Positions 17,076-17,917 of a stretch of DNA of 17,917 nt are shown piece by piece (position 1 is the first letter of the stretch; every line of letters starts with the position of its first letter). Both the position numbers and the translations under genes were made by a program. Origin of the DNA: an uncultured Bacteriovoracaceae bacterium. Its GTDB lineage: Bacteria > Bdellovibrionota > Bacteriovoracia > Bacteriovoracales > Bacteriovoracaceae. The DNA lies in assembly GCA_964012805.1 (NCBI GenBank), contig CAXGUD010000065.1, positions 1 through 17,917 of the forward strand, written 5' to 3'. The notes under the pieces are model-generated. The model did no database searches, had not been told where the DNA came from, and worked only from the letters and a program-made list of their open reading frames with translations.

Positions 17076-17441
17076 ATGAGTGATAACAAAAGTCTTCTTT
17101 TGGTTGCAGAGAAAAAACAGCTAAGAGACCAAATAAGTCAAGCACTGCGAAAAGCATATAATGTAAAAGTTGCTACAGGGGGGTTCCATGCGGTCCATCT
17201 GATAGAGCAAGAAACTTTCGAGCTTATTGTCGTCATTGGAGATTCACAGGATATGGCAGCAACTGAACTTATTACTCTGTTAAGAACAAACTTTAGTCAA
17301 AGAGAGCTTCCTATTCTGTTCCTCGGCGGAAAAGGAGGGACAGATATGCTAGATGCGATAGAAGTTGGTGCCAATGCTTATCTACCTTTAACACAAAACC
17401 TCAATATCCTTTTGAAGAAAATTCAAGAGCTATCTGCTTAA
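17076..17441 (+). CDS. Single-domain response-regulator receiver-like protein, atypical (pseudo-receiver)
   Basis: CheY-like pattern (LLLV, V.VATGG..AVHLI, ELITLLR, LPILFL, AIEVGANAYL, L..KI.EL). The acidic pocket reads VAE rather than VDD, strand 3 reads LIVVIGD, Gly replaces T/S, and LP replaces KP. GAGGT SD. Confidence 0.8.
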   Translation: MSDNKSLLLVAEKKQLRDQISQALRKAYNVKVATGGFHAVHLIEQETFELIVVIGDSQDMAATELITLLRTNFSQRELPILFLGGKGGTDMLDAIEVGANAYLPLTQNLNILLKKIQELSA

Positions 17442-17462
17442 AAGTAGTAAATATACTACCAC

Positions 17463-17499
17463 TTGGTTTGTTCTAGAAGCCGACCTTTTCGTTTTTTTT
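17463..17499 (+). terminator. Possible weak intrinsic terminator after the receiver gene
   Basis: TTGGTTT-gttctag-AAGCCGA stem with two G-U pairs, followed by ccttttcgtttttttt; a second short hairpin GTAGTA-aata-TACTAC lies at 17444-17459. Confidence 0.3.
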
Positions 17500-17627
17500 A
17501 GGCAAAATTTTCTCCTTTTTTATTAATTTTAAAAAAAACTCACCGATAAATTTCTTTGAAGGCCAAATAATTGGAATGGCCTTCTTTAATTGGCCAGGGG
17601 AGGCAAACTAGCTTTTGGAGTTCCCCC

Positions 17628-17876
17628 ATGAAAATAACTGAAAAAATTAAATCTCCTACGAAAAAGACTTTAATTAAAAAGTGTCATGTCTGTGGTTTTA
17701 TCATCGAGTCTGAGTCAGAAGTTAAAAAATGCTCTAATTGCAATAAGTCATTTTTACCTTTTCATTATTTCAATAAAGTTCACGCCAAAAATAGTGAAGA
17801 ATTTTCAAACCTTTTTTCCCATGTCGATGAAATCAACGAAGAGGATTTGGTAAAGGGTATTCACGTCATCTGGTAG
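17628..17876 (+). CDS. Small zinc-ribbon hypothetical protein (82 aa)
   Basis: ATG 17628 with GGAG SD (17617-17620), preferred to TTG 17571; CHVC-x12-CSNC; acidic C-terminal part ending GIHVIW. Confidence 0.75.
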   Translation: MKITEKIKSPTKKTLIKKCHVCGFIIESESEVKKCSNCNKSFLPFHYFNKVHAKNSEEFSNLFSHVDEINEEDLVKGIHVIW

Positions 17877-17878
17877 TC

Positions 17879-17917
17879 TTTAAAATAACTTTTAAATAAC
17901 TTTTAAATAACTTTTAA
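17879..17917. repeat. 11-bp tandem repeat (TTTTAAATAAC)n, about 3.5 copies, running off the window end
   Basis: tttaaaataac / ttttaaataac / ttttaaataac / ttttaa. Confidence 0.9.

Noticed and set aside
17597..17630. c-di-GMP-I riboswitch suggested by AGGCAAAC
   Set aside because: No GNRA-capped P2 stem, no GACGCAAA-like segment, and no room for P3 before the ATG.
17879..17917. CRISPR array
   Set aside because: The unit is only 11 bp, there are no spacers, and no cas genes are present.

Overview
AT-rich bacterial chromosomal segment (roughly one-third G+C by eye, standard code 11) with about 19 intact or partial CDSs and one decayed gene. The gene content suggests a Bdellovibrionota (Bacteriovoracales/Halobacteriovorax-like) host, which is inference only. 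Left to right: a partial SBBP-repeat lipoprotein missing from the ORF track, an outer-membrane beta-barrel fused to a 7-bladed SBBP propeller, a DUF4468-like lipoprotein, a DEAD-box RNA helicase, yaeQ, a JmjC/cupin oxygenase, a multiply disrupted 7TM-DISM-type/CheA-like sensor kinase pseudogene (the track shows only its last 84 codons), an SBP_bac_3 protein, an ABA4-like membrane protein, a surface lipoprotein (two carboxypeptidase-regulatory-like repeats plus a propeller), a PaaI thioesterase, a putative small beta-barrel protein, SRPBCC, radD (apparently leaderless), an EamA/DMT transporter, a 3-gene ABC-2 operon, a degenerate receiver protein, a small Zn-ribbon protein and a terminal 11-bp tandem repeat. 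I found no rRNA, tRNA, CRISPR array, integrase or transposase. I cannot demonstrate a new multi-gene system. The best leads are the barrel-propeller/propeller-lipoprotein pair, the pseudo-receiver/Zn-ribbon pair with a structured leader, the collapsed sensor kinase, leaderless radD, and possibly horizontally acquired genes.
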